Source of the DNA: Auanema rhodensis
Taxonomy: Eukaryota; Animalia; Nematoda
DNA length: 64,000 nt
Direction: 5' to 3'
Assembly: GCA_964057225.1 (NCBI GenBank)
Contig: OZ059897.1
Coordinates: 20,026,001-20,090,000 of the forward strand
Shown: positions 26,901 to 41,417 of the stretch, piece after piece
How positions within the stretch are numbered: the first letter of the stretch is position 1
How the letters are laid out: each line of letters begins with the position of its first letter
Program-made: the position numbers and the translations under genes
The notes under the pieces: generated by a model
Seen by the model: only the letters and a program-made list of their open reading frames with translations
The model's database searches: none
Told to the model about the DNA's origin: nothing

Positions 26901-28431
26901 AAGGCAAAGACGATGGACAATGTTATTCAACGAAAAAATTAATTCTTCAGGGTGAAAATCGAGGATATAAGTGTAAACTTATATCAGTTGATATCTCGGT
27001 GCATTTTTAAGCTAGCGCAAATCTGATAACACAGATCGACGCAGCTTAAAAATCCGCATCGAATGCACTATACTACATTGAGAAACGCTTAATACAAAAA
27101 TTAGTTATGATCGTTTGAAAAATGATGCATTAGTGTATGTTGAGTTTCCATGTACACTCAACATTGCTTCCAAAAACATTTTGACAAAAATTTTTTCGAA
27201 AAATTTCAAAATAATTTAGCAAAAAGTAGATGTTTTTAGATTCCTTTTTTCAAGGCAAAGACGATGGACAATGTTATTCAACGAAAAAATTAATTCTTCA
27301 GGGTGAAAATCGAGGATATAAGTGTAAACTTATATCAGTTGATATCTCGGTGCATTTTTAAGCTAGCGCAAATCTGATAACACAGATCGACGCAGCTTAA
27401 AAATCCGCATCGAATGCACTATACTACATTGAGAAACGCTTAATACAAAAATTAGTTATGATCGTTTGAAAAATGATGCATTAGTGTATGTTGAGTTTCC
27501 ATGTACACTCAACATTGCTTCCAAAAACATTTTGACAAAAATTTTTTCGAAAAATTTCAAAATAATTTAGCAAAAAGTAGATGTTTTTAGATTCCTTTTT
27601 TCAAGGCGAAGACGATGGACAATGTTATTTAACGAAAAAATTAATTCTTCAGGGTGAAAATCGAGGATATAAGTGTAAACTTATATCAGTTGATATCTCG
27701 GTGCATTTTTAAGCTAGCGCAAATCTGATAACACAGATCGACGCAGCTTAAAAATCCGCATCGAATGCACTATACTACATTGAGAAACGCTTAATACAAA
27801 AATTAGTTATGATCGTTTGAAAAATGATGCATTAGTGTATGTTGAGTTTCCATGTACACTCAACATTGCTTCCAAAAACATTTTGACAAAAATTTTTTCG
27901 AAAAATTTCAAAATAATTTAGCCAAAAGTAGATGTTTTTAGATTACTTTTTTCAAGGCAAAGACGATGGACAATGTTATTCAACGAAAAAATTAATTCTT
28001 CAGGGTGAAAATCGAGGATATAAGTGTAAACTTATATCAGTTGATATCTCGGTGCATTTTTAAGCTAGCGCAAATCTGATAACACAGATCGACGCAGCTT
28101 AAAAATCCGCATCGAATGCACTATACTACATTGAGAAACGCTTAATACAAAAATTAGTTATGATCGTTTGAAAAATGATGCATTAGTGTATGTTGAGTTT
28201 CCATGTACACTCAACATTGCTTCCAAAAACATTTTGACAAAAATTTTTTCGAAAAATTTCAAAATAATTTAGCAAAAAGTAGATGTTTTTAGATTCCTTT
28301 TTTCAAGGCAAAGACGATGGACAATGTTATTTAACGAAAAAATTAATTCTTCAGGGTGAAAATCGAGGATATAAGTGTAAACTTATATCAGTTGATATCT
28401 CGGTGCATTTTTAAGCTAGCGCAAATCTGAT

Positions 28432-31400
28432 AACACAGATCGACGCAGCTTAAAAATCCGCATCGAATGCACTATACTACATTGAGAAACGCTTAATACA
28501 AAAATTAGTTATGATCGTTTGAAAAATGATGCATTAGTGTATGTTGAGTTTCCATGTACACTCAACATTGCTTCCAAAAACATTTTGACAAAAATTTTTT
28601 CGAAAAATTTCAAAATAATTTAGCAAAAAGTAGATGTTTTTAGATTCCTTTTTTCAAGGCAAAGACGATGGACAATGTTATTTAACGAAAAAATTAATTC
28701 TTCAGGGTGAAAATCGAGGATATAAGTGTAAACTTATATCAGTTGATATCTCGGTGCATTTTTAAGCTAGCGCAAATCTGATAACACAGATCGACGCAGC
28801 TTAAAAATCCGCATCGAATGCACTATACTACATGGAAGAACGCTTAATACAAAAATTAGTTATGATCGTTTGAAAAATGATGCATTAGTGTATGTTGAGT
28901 TTCCATGTACACTCAACATTGCTTCCAAAAACATTTTGACAAAAATTTTTTCGAAAAATTTCAAAATAATTTAGCAAAAAGTAGATGTTTTTAGATTTCT
29001 TTTTTCAAGGCAAAGACGATGGACAATGTTATTCAACGAAAAAATTAATTCTTCAGGGTGAAAATCGAGGATATATGTGTAAACTTATATCAGTTGATAT
29101 CTCGGTGCATTTTTAAGCTAGCGCAAATCTGATAACACAGATCGACGCAGCTTAAAAATCCGCATCGAATGCACTATACTACATTGGGAAACGCTTAATA
29201 CAAAAATTAGTTATGATCGTTTGAAAAATGATGCATTAGTGTATGTTGAGTTTCCATGTACACTCAACATTGCTTCCAAAAACATTTTGACAAAAATTTT
29301 TTCGAAAAATTTCAAAATAATTTAGCAAAAAGTAGATGTTTTTAGATTCCTTTTTTCAAGGCAAAGACGATGGACAATGTTATTCAACGAAAAAATTAAT
29401 TCTTCAGGGTGAAAATCGAGGATATAAGTGTGAACTTATATCAGTTGATATCTCGGTGCATTTTTAAGCTAGCGCAAATCTGATAACACAGATCGACGCA
29501 GCTTAAAAATCCGCATCGAATGCACTATACTACATTGAGAAACGCTTAATACAAAAATTAGTTATGATCGTTTGAAAAATGATGCATTAGTGTATGTTGA
29601 GTTTCCATGTACACTCAACATTGCTTCCAAAAACATTTTGACAAAAATTTTTTCGAAAAATTTCAAAATAATTTAGCAAAAAGTAGATGTTTTTAGATTC
29701 CTTTTTTCAAGGCAAAGACGATGGACAATGTTATTTAACGAAAAAATTAATTCTTCAGGGTGAAAATCGAGGATATAAGTGTAAACTTATATCAGTTGAT
29801 ATCTCGGTGCATTTTTAAGCTAGCGCAAATCTGATAACACAGATCGACGCAGCTTAAAAATCCGCATCGAATGCACTATACTACATGGAAGAACGCTTAA
29901 TACAAAAATTAGTTATGATCGTTTGAAAAATGATGCATTAGTGTATGTTGAGTTTCCATGTACACTCAACATTGCTTCCAAAAACATTTTGACAAAAATT
30001 TTTTCGAAAAATTTCAAAATAATTTAGCAAAAAGTAGATGTTTTTAGATTTCTTTTTTCAAGGCAAAGACGATGGACAATGTTATTCAACGAAAAAATTA
30101 ATTCTTCAGGGTGAAAATCGAGGATATATGTGTAAACTTATATCAGTTGATATCTCGGTGCATTTTTAAGCTAGCGCAAATCTGATAACACAGATCGACG
30201 CAGCTTAAAAATCCGCATCGAATGCACTATACTACATTGGGAAACGCTTAATACAAAAATTAGTTATGATCGTTTGAAAAATGATGCATTAGTGTATGTT
30301 GAGTTTCCATGTACACTCAACATTGCTTCCAAAAACATTTTGACAAAAATTTTTTCGAAAAATTTCAAAATAATTTAGCAAAAAGTAGATGTTTTTAGAT
30401 TCCTTTTTTCAAGGCAAAGACGATGGACAATGTTATTCAACGAAAAAATTAATTCTTCAGGGTGAAAATCGAGGATATAAGTGTAAACTTATATCAGTTG
30501 ATATCTCGGTGCATTTTTAAGCTAGCGCAAATCTGATAACACAGATCGACGCAGCTTAAAAATCCGCATCGAATGCACTATACTACATTGAGAAACGCTT
30601 AATACAAAAATTAGTTATGATCGTTTGAAAAATGATGCATTAGTGTATGTTGAGTTTCCATGTACACTCAACATTGCTTCCAAAAACATTTTGACAAAAA
30701 TTTTTTCGAAAAATTTCAAAATAATTTAGCAAAAAGTAGATGTTTTTAGATTCCTTTTTTCAAGGCAAAGACGATGGACAATGTTATTTAACGAAAAAAT
30801 TAATTCTTCAGGGTGAAAATCGAGAATATAAGTGTAAACTTATATCAGTTGATATCTCGGTGCATTTTTAAGCTAGCGCAAATCTGATAACACAGATCGA
30901 CGCAGCTTAAAAATCCGCATCGAATGCACTATACTACATGGAAGAACGCTTAATACAAAAATTAGTTATGATCATTTGAAAAATGATGCATTAGTGTATG
31001 TTGAGTTTCCATGTACACTCAACATTGCTTCCAAAAACATTTTGACAAAAATTTTTTCGAAAAATTTCAAAATAATTTAGCAAAAAGTAGATGTTTTTAG
31101 ATTCCTTTTTTCAAGGCAAAGACGATGGACAATGTTATTCAACGAAAAAATTAATTCTTCAGGGTGAAAATCGAGGATATAAGTGTAAACTTATATCAGT
31201 TGATATCTCGGTGCATTTTTAAGCTAGCGCAAATCTGATAACACAGATCGACGCAGCTTAAAAATCCGCATCGAATGCACTATACTACATTGGGAAACGC
31301 TTAATACAAAAATTAGTTATGATCGTTTGAAAAATGATGCATTAGTGTATGTTGAGTTTCCATGTACACTCAACATTGCTTCCAAAAACATTTTGACAAA

Positions 31401-31590
31401 AATTTTTTCGAAAAATTTCAAAATAATTTAGCAAAAAGTAGATGTTTTTAGATTCCTTTTTTTAAGGCAAAGACGATGGACAATGTTATTCAACGAAAAA
31501 ATTAATTCTTCAGGGTGAAAATCGAGGATATAAGTGTGAACTTATATCAGTTGATATCTCGGTACATTTTTAAGCTAGCGCAAATCTGAT
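28432..31590. repeat. 3-mer higher-order repeat (1053 bp) x3 (m82-90)
   Basis: Allele order TTGAG / TGGAAG / TTGGG occurs three times; the rare GATATATGT variant is shared by m83 and m86. Confidence 0.75.
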
Positions 31591-34500
31591 AACACAGATC
31601 GACGCAGCTTAAAAATCCGCATCGAATGCACTATACTACATGGAAGAACGCTTAATACAAAAATTAGTTATGATCGTTTGAAAAATGATGCATTAGTGTA
31701 TGTTGAGTTTCCATGTACACTCAACATTGCTTCCAAAAACATTTTGACAAAAATTTTTTCGAAAAATTTCAAAATAATTTAGCAAAAAGTAGATGTTTTT
31801 AGATTCCTTTTTTCAAGGCAAAGACGATGGACAATGTTATTCAACGAAAAAATTAATTCTTCAGGGTGAAAATCGAGGATATAAGTGTGAACTTATATCA
31901 GTTGATATCTCGGTACATTTTTAAGCTAGCGCAAATCTGATAACACAGATCGACGCAGCTTAAAAATCCGCATCGAATGCACTATACTACATGGAAGAAC
32001 GCTTAATACAAAAATTAGTTATGATCGTTTGAAAAATGATGCATTAGTGTATGTTGAGTTTCCATGTACACTCAACATTGCTTCCAAAACCATTTTGAGA
32101 AAAATTTTTTCGAAAAATTTCAAAATAATTTAGCAAAAAGTAGATGTTTTTAGATTCCTTTTTTCAAGGCGAAGACGATGGACAATGTTATTCAACGAAA
32201 AAATTAATTCTTCAGGGTGAAAATCGAGGATATAAGTGTGAACTTATATCAGTTGATATCTCGGTACATTTTTAAGCTAGCGCAAATCTGATAACACAGA
32301 TCGACGCAGCTTAAAAATCCGCATCGAATGCACTATACTACATGGAAGAACGCTTAATACAAAAATTAGTTATGATCGTTTGAAAAATGATGCATTAGTG
32401 TATGTTGAGTTTCCATGTACACTCAACATTGCTTCCAAAACCATTTTGAGAAAAATTTTTTCGAAAAATTTCAAAATAATTTAGCAAAAAGTAGATGTTT
32501 TTAGATTCCTTTTTTCAAGGCAAAGACGATGGACAATGTTATTCAACGAAAAAATTAATTCTTCAGGGTGAAAATCGAGGATATAAGTGTAAACTTATAT
32601 CAGTTGATATCTCGGTGCATTTTTAAGCTAGCGCAAATCTGATAACACAGATCGACGCAGCTTGAAAATCCGCATCGAATGCACTATACTACATTGAGAA
32701 ACGCTTAATACAAAAATTAGTTATGATCGTTTGAAAAATGATGCATTAGTGTATGTTGAGTTTCCATGTACACTCAACATTGCTTCCAAAAACATTTTGA
32801 CAAAAATTTTTTCGAAAAATTTCAAAATAATTTAGCAAAAAGTAGATGTTTTTAGATTCCTTTTTTCAAGGCGAAGACGATGGACAATGTTATTCAACGA
32901 AAAAATTATTTCTTCAGGGTGAAAATCGAGGATATAAGTGTGAACTTATATCAGTTGATATATCGGTGCATTTTTAAGCTAGCGCAAATCTGATAACACA
33001 GATCGACGCAGCTTAAAAATCCGCATCGAATGCACTATACTACATTGAGAAACGCTTAATACAAAAATAAGTTATGATCGTTTGAAAAATGATGCATTAG
33101 TGTATGTTGAGTTTCCATGTACACTCAACATTGCTTCCAAAAACATTTTGACAAAAATTTTTTCGAAAAATTTCGAAATAATTTAGCAAAAAGTAGATGT
33201 TTTTAGATTCCTTTTTTCAAGGCAAAGACGATGGACGATGTTATTCAACGAAAAAATTAATTCTTCAGGGTGAAAATCGAGGATATATGTGTGAACTTAT
33301 ATCAGTTGATATCTCGGTGCATTTTTAAGCTAGCGCAAATCTGATAACACAGATCGACGCAGCTCAAAAATCCGTACGAATGCACTATACTACATTGAGA
33401 AACGCTTAATACAAAAATAAGTTATGATCGTTTGAAAAATGATGCATTAGTGTATGTTGAGTTTCCATGTACACTCAACATTGCTTCCAAAAACATTTTG
33501 ACAAAAATTTTTTCGAAAAATTTCAAAATAATTTAGCAAAAAGTAGATGTTTTTAGATTCCTTTTTTCAAGGCAAAGACGATGGACAATGTTATTCAACG
33601 AAAAAATTAATTCTTCAGGGTGAAAATCGAGGATATAAGTGTGAACTTATATCAGTTGATATCTCGGTGCATTTTCAAGCTAGCGCAAATCTGAAAACAC
33701 AGATCGACGCAGCTTAAAAATCCGCATCGAATGCACTATACTACATTGAGAAACGCTTAATACAAAAATTAGTTATGATCGTTTGAAAAATGATGCATTA
33801 GTGTATGTTGAGTTTCCATGTACACTCAACATTGCTTCCAAAAACATTTTGACAAAAATTTTTTCGAAAAATTTCAAGATAATTTAGCAAAAAGTAGATG
33901 TTTTTAGATTCCTTTTTTCAAGGCAAAGACGATGGACAATGTTATTCAACGAAAAAATTAATTCTTCAGGGTGAAAATCGAGGATATAAGTGTGAACTTA
34001 TATCAGTTGATATCTCGGTGCATTTTTAAGCTAGCGCAAATCTGATAACACAGATCGACGCAGCTTAAAAATCCGCATCGAATGCACTGTACTACATAGA
34101 AGAACGCTTAATACAAAAATTAGTTATGATCGTTTGAAAAATGATGCATTAGTGTATATTGAGTTTCCATGTAAACTCAACATTGATTCCAAAAACATTT
34201 TGACAAAAATTTTTTCGAAAAATTTCAAAATAATTTAGCAAAAAGTAGATGTTTTTAGATTCTTTTTTTCAAGGCAAAGACGATGGACAATGTTATTCAA
34301 CGAAAAAATTATTTCTTCAGGGTGAAAATCGAGGATATAAGTGTGAACTTATATCAGTTGATATCTCGGTGCATTTTTAAGCTAGCGCAAATCTGATAAC
34401 ACAGATCGACGCAGCTTAAAAATCCGCATCGAATGCACTATACTACATTGAGAAACGCTCAATACAAAAATTAGTTATGATCGTTTGAAAAATGATGCAT

Positions 34501-36152
34501 TAGTGTATGTTGAGTTTCCATGTACACTCAACATTGCTTCCAAAAACATTTTGACAAAAATTTTTTCGAAAAATTTCAAAATAATTTAGCAAAAAGTAGA
34601 TGTTTTTAGATTCCTTTTTTCAAGGCAAAGACGATGGACAATGTTATTCAACGAAAACATTAATTCTTCAGGGTGAAAATCGAGGATATAAGTGTGAACT
34701 TATATCAGTTGATATCTCGGTACATTTTTAAGCTAGCGCAAATCTGATAACACAGATCGACGCAGCTTAAAAATCCGCATCGAATGCACTATACTACATG
34801 GAAGAACGCTTAATACAAAAATTAGTTATGATCGTTTGAAAAATGATGCATTAGTGTATGTTGAGTTTCCATGTACACTCAAAATTGCTTCCAAAAACAT
34901 TTTGACAAAAATTTTTTCGAAAAATTTCAGAATAATTTAGCAAAAAGTAGATGTTTTTAGATTCCTTCTTTCAAGGCAAAGACGATGGACAATGTTATTC
35001 AACGAAAAAATTAATTCTTCAGGGTGAAAATCGAGGATATAAGTGTGAACTTATATCAGTTGATATCTCGGTGCATTTTCAAGCTAGCGCAAATCTGATA
35101 ACACAGATCGACGCAGCCTAAAAATCCGCATCGAATGCACTATACTACATTGAGAAACGCTTAATACAAAAATTAGTTATGATCGTTTGAAAAATGATGC
35201 ATTAGTGTATGTTGAGTTTCCATGTACACTCAACATTGCTTCCAAAAACATTTTGACAAAAATTTTTTCGAAAAATTTCAAGATAATTTAGCAAAAAGTA
35301 GATGTTTTTAGATTCCTTTTTTCAAGGCAAAGACGATGGACAATGTTATTCAACGAAAAAATTAATTCTTCAGGGTGAAAATCGAGGATATAAGTGTGAA
35401 CTTATATCAGTTGATATCTCGGTGCATTTTTAAGCTAGCGCAAATCTGATAACACAGATCGACGCAGCTTAAAAATCCGCATCGAATGCACTGTACTACA
35501 TAGAAGAACGCTTAATACAAAAATTAGTTATGATCGTTTGAAAAATGATGCATTAGTGTATATTGAGTTTCCATGTAAACTCAACATTGATTCCAAAAAC
35601 ATTTTGACAAAAATTTTTTCGAAAAATTTCAAAATAATTTAGCAAAAAGTAGATGTTTTTAGATTCCTTTTTTCAAGGCAAAGACGATGGACAATGTTAT
35701 TCAACGAAAAAATTATTTCTTCAGGGTGAAAATCGAGGATATAAGTGTGAACTTATATCAGTTGATATCTCGGTGCATTTTTAAGCTAGCGCAAATCTGA
35801 TAACACAGATCGACGCAGCTTAAAAATCCGCATCGAATGCACTATACTACATTGAGAAACGCTTAATACAAAAATTAGTTATGATCGTTTGAAAAATGAT
35901 GCATTAGTGTATGTTGAGTTTCCATGTACACTCAACATTGCTTCCAAAAACATTTTGACAAAAATTTTTTCGAAAAATTTCAAAATAGATTAGCAAAAAG
36001 TAGATGTTTTTAGATTCCTTTTTTCAAGGCAAAGACGATGGACAATGTTATTCAACGAAAAAATTAATTCTTCAGGGTGAAAATCGAGGATATAAGTGTA
36101 AACTTATATCAGTTGATATCTCGGTGCATTTTTAAGCTAGCGCAAATCTGAT

Positions 36153-39100
36153 AACACAGATCGACGCAGCTTAAAAATCCGCATCGAATGCACTATACTA
36201 CATTGAGAAACGCTTAATACAAAAATTAGTTATGATCGTTTGAAAAATGATGCATTAGTGTATGTTGAGTTTCCATGTACACTCAACATTGCTTCCAAAA
36301 ACATTTTGACAAAAATTTTTTCGAAAAATTTCAAAATAATTTAGCAAAAAGTAGATGTTTTTAGATTCCTTTTTTCAAGGCAAAGACGATGGACAATGTT
36401 ATTCAACGAAAAAATTAATTCTTCAGGGTGAAAATCGAGGATATAAGTGTGAACTTATATCAGTTGATATCTCGGTAGATTTTTAAGCTAGCGCAAATCT
36501 GATAAAACAGATCGACGCAGCTTAAACATCCGCATCGAATGCACTATACTACATGGAAGAACGCTTAATACAAAAATTAGTTATGATCGTTTGAAAAATG
36601 ATGCATTAGTGTATGTTGAGTTTCCATGTACACTCAACATTGCTTCCAAAAACATTTTGACAAAAATTTTTTCGAAAAATTTCAAAATAATTTAGCAAAA
36701 AGTAGATGTTTTTAGATTCCTTATTTCAAGGCAAAGACGATGGACAATGTTATTCAACGAAAAAATTATTTCTTCAGGGTGAAAATCGAGGATATAAGTG
36801 TGAACTTATATCAGTTGATATATCGGTGCATTTTTAAGCTAGCGCAAATCTGATAACACAGATCGACGCAGCTTAAAAATCCGCATCGAATGCACTATAC
36901 TACATTAAGAAACGCCTAATACAAAAATTAGTTATGATCGTTTGAAAAATGATGCATTAGTGTATGTTGAGTTTCCATGTACACTCAACATTGCTTCCAA
37001 AAACATTTTGACAAAAATTTTTTCGAAAAATTTCAAAATAATTTAGCAAAAAGTAGATGTTTTTAGATTCCTTTTTTCAAGGCAAAGACGATGGACAATG
37101 TTATTCAACGAAAAAATTAATTCTTCAGGGTGAAAATCGAGGATATAAGTGTGAACTTATATCAGTTGATATCTCGGTACATTTTTAAGCTAGCGCAAAA
37201 CTGATAACACAGATCGACGCAGCTTAAAAATCCGCATCGAATGCACTATACTACATGGAAGAACGCTTAATACAAAAATTAGTTATGATCGTTTGAAAAA
37301 TGATGCATTAGTGTATGTTGAGTTTCCATGTACACTCAACATTGCTTCCAAAAACATTTTGACAAAAATTTTTTCGAAAAATTTCAAAATAATTTAGCAA
37401 AAAGTAGATGTTTTTAGATTCCTTTTTTCAAGGCAAAGACGATGGACGATGTTATTCAACGAAAAAATTAATTCTTCAGGGTGAAAATCGAGGATATAAG
37501 TGTGAACTTATATCAGTTGATATCTCGGTGCATTTTTAAGCTAGCGCAAATCTGATAACACAGATCGACGCAGCTTAAAAATCCGCATCGAATGCACTAT
37601 ACTACATTGAGAAACGCTTAATACAAAAATTAGTTATGATCGTTTGAAAAATGATGCATTAGTGTATGTTGAGTTTCCATGTACACTCAACATTGCTTCC
37701 AAAAACATTTTGACAAAAATTTTTTCGAAAAATTTCAAGATAATTTAGCAAAAAAAAGATGTTTTTAGATTCCTTTTTTCAAGGCAAAGACGATGGACAA
37801 TGTTATTCAACGAAAAAATTGATTCTTCAGGGTGAAAATCGAGGATATAAGTGTGAACTTATATCAGTTGATATCTCGGTGCATTTTTAAGCTAGCGCAA
37901 ATCTGATAACACAGATCGACGCAGCTTAAAAATCCGCATCGAATGCACTGTACTACATAGAAGAACGCTTAATACAAAAATTAGTTATGATCGTTTGAAA
38001 AATGATGCATTAGTGTATATTGAGTTTCCATGTAAACTCAACATTGATTCCAAAAACATTTTGACAAAAATTTTTTCGAAAAATTTCAAAATAATTTAGC
38101 AAAAAGTAGATGTTTTTAGATTCCTTTTTTCAAGGCAAAGACGATGGACAATGTTATTCAACGAAAAAATTATTTCTTCAGGGTGAAAATCGAGGATATA
38201 AGTGTGAACTTATATCAGTTGATATCTCGGTGCATTTTTAAGCTAGCGCAAATCTGATAACACAGATCGACGCAGCTTAAAAATCCGCATCGAATGCACT
38301 ATACTACATTGAGAAACGCTCAATACAAAAATTAGTTATGATCGTTTGAAAAATGATGCATTAGTGTATGTTGAGTTTCCATGTACACTCAACATTGCTT
38401 CCAAAAACATTTTGACAAAAATTTTTTCGAAAAATTTCAAAATAATTTAGCAAAAAGTAGATGTTTTTAGATTCCTTTTTTCAAGGCAAAGACGATGGAC
38501 AATGTTATTCAACGAAAACATTAATTCTTCAGGGTGAAAATCGAGGATATAAGTGTGAACTTATATCAGTTGATATCTCGGTACATTTTTAAGCTAGCGC
38601 AAATCTGATAACACAGATCGACGCAGCTTAAAAATCCGCATCGAATGCACTATACTACATTGAGAAACGCTTAATACAAAAATTAGTTATGATCGTTTGA
38701 AAAATGATGCATTAGTGTATGTTGAGTTTCCATGTACACTCAACATTGCTTCCAAAAACATTTTGACAAAAATTTTTTCGAAAAATTTCAAAATAATTTA
38801 GCAAAAAGTAGATGTTTTTAGATTCCTTTTTTCAAGGCAAAGACGATGGACAATGTTATTTAACGAAAAAATTAATTCTTCAGGGTGAAAATCGAGGATA
38901 TAAGTGTAAACTTATATCAGTTGATATCTCGGTGCATTTTTAAGCTAGCGCAAATCTGATAACACAGATCGACGCAGCTTAAAAATCCGCATCGAATGCA
39001 CTATACTAAATTGAGAAACGCTTAATACAAAAATTAGTTATGATAGTTTGAAAAATGATGCATTAGTGTATGTTGAGTTTCCATGTACACTCAACATTGC

Positions 39101-41417
39101 TTCCAAAAACATTTTGACAAAAATTTTTTCGAAAAATTTCAAAATAATTTAGCAAAAAGTAGATGTTTTTAGATTCCTTTTTTCAAGGCAAAGACGATGG
39201 ACAATGTTATTCAACGAAAAAATTAATTCTTCAGGGTGAAAATCGAGGATATAAGTGTGAACTTATATCAGTTGATATCTCGGTAGATTTTTAAGCTAGC
39301 GCAAATCTGATAAAACAGATCGACGCAGCTTAAAAATCCGCATCGAATGCACTATACTACATGGAAGAACGCTTAATACAAAAATTAGTTATGATCGTTT
39401 GAAAAATGATGCATTAGTGTATGTTGAGTTTCCATGTACACTCAACATTGCTTCCAAAAACATTTTGACAAAAATTTTTTCGAAAAATTTCAAAATAATT
39501 TAGCAAAAAGTAGATGTTTTTAGATTCCTTATTTCAAGGCAAAGACGATGGACAATGTTATTCAACGAAAAAATTATTTCTTCAGGGTGAAAATCGAGGA
39601 TATAAGTGTGAACTTATATCAGTTGATATATCGGTGCATTTTTAAGCTAGCGCAAATCTGATAACACAGATCGACGCAGCTTAAAAATCCGCATCGAATG
39701 CACTATACTACATTAAGAAACGCCTAATACAAAAATTAGTTATGATCGTTTGAAAAATGATGCATTAGTGTATGTTGAGTTTCCATGTACACTCAACATT
39801 GCTTCCAAAAACATTTTGACAAAAATTTTTTCGAAAAATTTCAAAATAATTTAGCAAAAAGTAGATGTTTTTAGATTCCTTTTTTCAAGGCAAAGACGAT
39901 GGACAATGTTATTCAACGAAAAAATTAATTCTTCAGGGTGAAAATCGAGGATATAAGTGTGAACTTATATCAGTTGATATCTCGGTACATTTTTAAGCTA
40001 GCGCAAAACTGATAACACAGATCGACGCAGCTTAAAAATCCGCATCGAATGCACTATACTACATGGAAGAACGCTTAATACAAAAATTAGTTATGATCGT
40101 TTGAAAAATGATGCATTAGTGTATGTTGAGTTTCCATGTACACTCAACATTGCTTCCAAAAACATTTTGACAAAAATTTTTTCGAAAAATTTCAAAATAA
40201 TTTAGCAAAAAGTAGATGTTTTTAGATTCCTTTTTTCAAGGCAAAGACGATGGACGATGTTATTCAACGAAAAAATTAATTCTTCAGGGTGAAAATCGAG
40301 GATATAAGTGTGAACTTATATCAGTTGATATCTCGGTGCATTTTTAAGCTAGCGCAAATCTGATAACACAGATCGACGCAGCTTAAAAATCCGCATCGAA
40401 TGCACTATACTACATTGAGAAACGCTTAATACAAAAATTAGTTATGATCGTTTGAAAAATGATGCATTAGTGTATGTTGAGTTTCCATGTACACTCAACA
40501 TTGCTTCCAAAAACATTTTGACAAAAATTTTTTCGAAAAATTTCAAGATAATTTAGCAAAAAAAAGATGTTTTTAGATTCCTTTTTTCAAGGCAAAGACG
40601 ATGGACAATGTTATTCAACGAAAAAATTGATTCTTCAGGGTGAAAATCGAGGATATAAGTGTGAACTTATATCAGTTGATATCTCGGTGCATTTTTAAGC
40701 TAGCGCAAATCTGATAACACAGATCGACGCAGCTTAAAAATCCGCATCGAATGCACTGTACTACATAGAAGAACGCTTAATACAAAAATTAGTTATGATC
40801 GTTTGAAAAATGATGCATTAGTGTATATTGAGTTTCCATGTAAACTCAACATTGATTCCAAAAACATTTTGACAAAAATTTTTTCGAAAAATTTCAAAAT
40901 AATTTAGCAAAAAGTAGATGTTTTTAGATTCCTTTTTTCAAGGCAAAGACGATGGACAATGTTATTCAACGAAAAAATTATTTCTTCAGGGTGAAAATCG
41001 AGGATATAAGTGTGAACTTATATCAGTTGATATCTCGGTGCATTTTTAAGCTAGCGCAAATCTGATAACACAGATCGACGCAGCTTAAAAATCCGCATCG
41101 AATGCACTATACTACATTGAGAAACGCTCAATACAAAAATTAGTTATGATCGTTTGAAAAATGATGCATTAGTGTATGTTGAGTTTCCATGTACACTCAA
41201 CATTGCTTCCAAAAACATTTTGACAAAAATTTTTTCGAAAAATTTCAAAATAATTTAGCAAAAAGTAGATGTTTTTAGATTCCTTTTTTCAAGGCAAAGA
41301 CGATGGACAATGTTATTCAACGAAAACATTAATTCTTCAGGGTGAAAATCGAGGATATAAGTGTGAACTTATATCAGTTGATATCTCGGTACATTTTTAA
41401 GCTAGCGCAAATCTGAT
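36153..41417. repeat. 7-monomer block duplicated at an 8-monomer (2808 bp) period (m104-110, m112-118)
   Basis: Rare variants GGTAGATT, GCAAAACTG, GCAAAAAAAAGATG+TTGATTC and GCTCAAT+AAACATT recur in the same order 2808 bp apart. Confidence 0.85.

Larger units (their letters stand above)
1..31590. repeat. Satellite subfamily domain L (m1-m90)
   Basis: Private markers: TTGGGAAA at offset 51-58 (about 22 copies, last in m90), GCCAAAAG with GATTACTT (last in m80), AATTCAG. GTAA predominates at offset 297-300. Confidence 0.85.
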
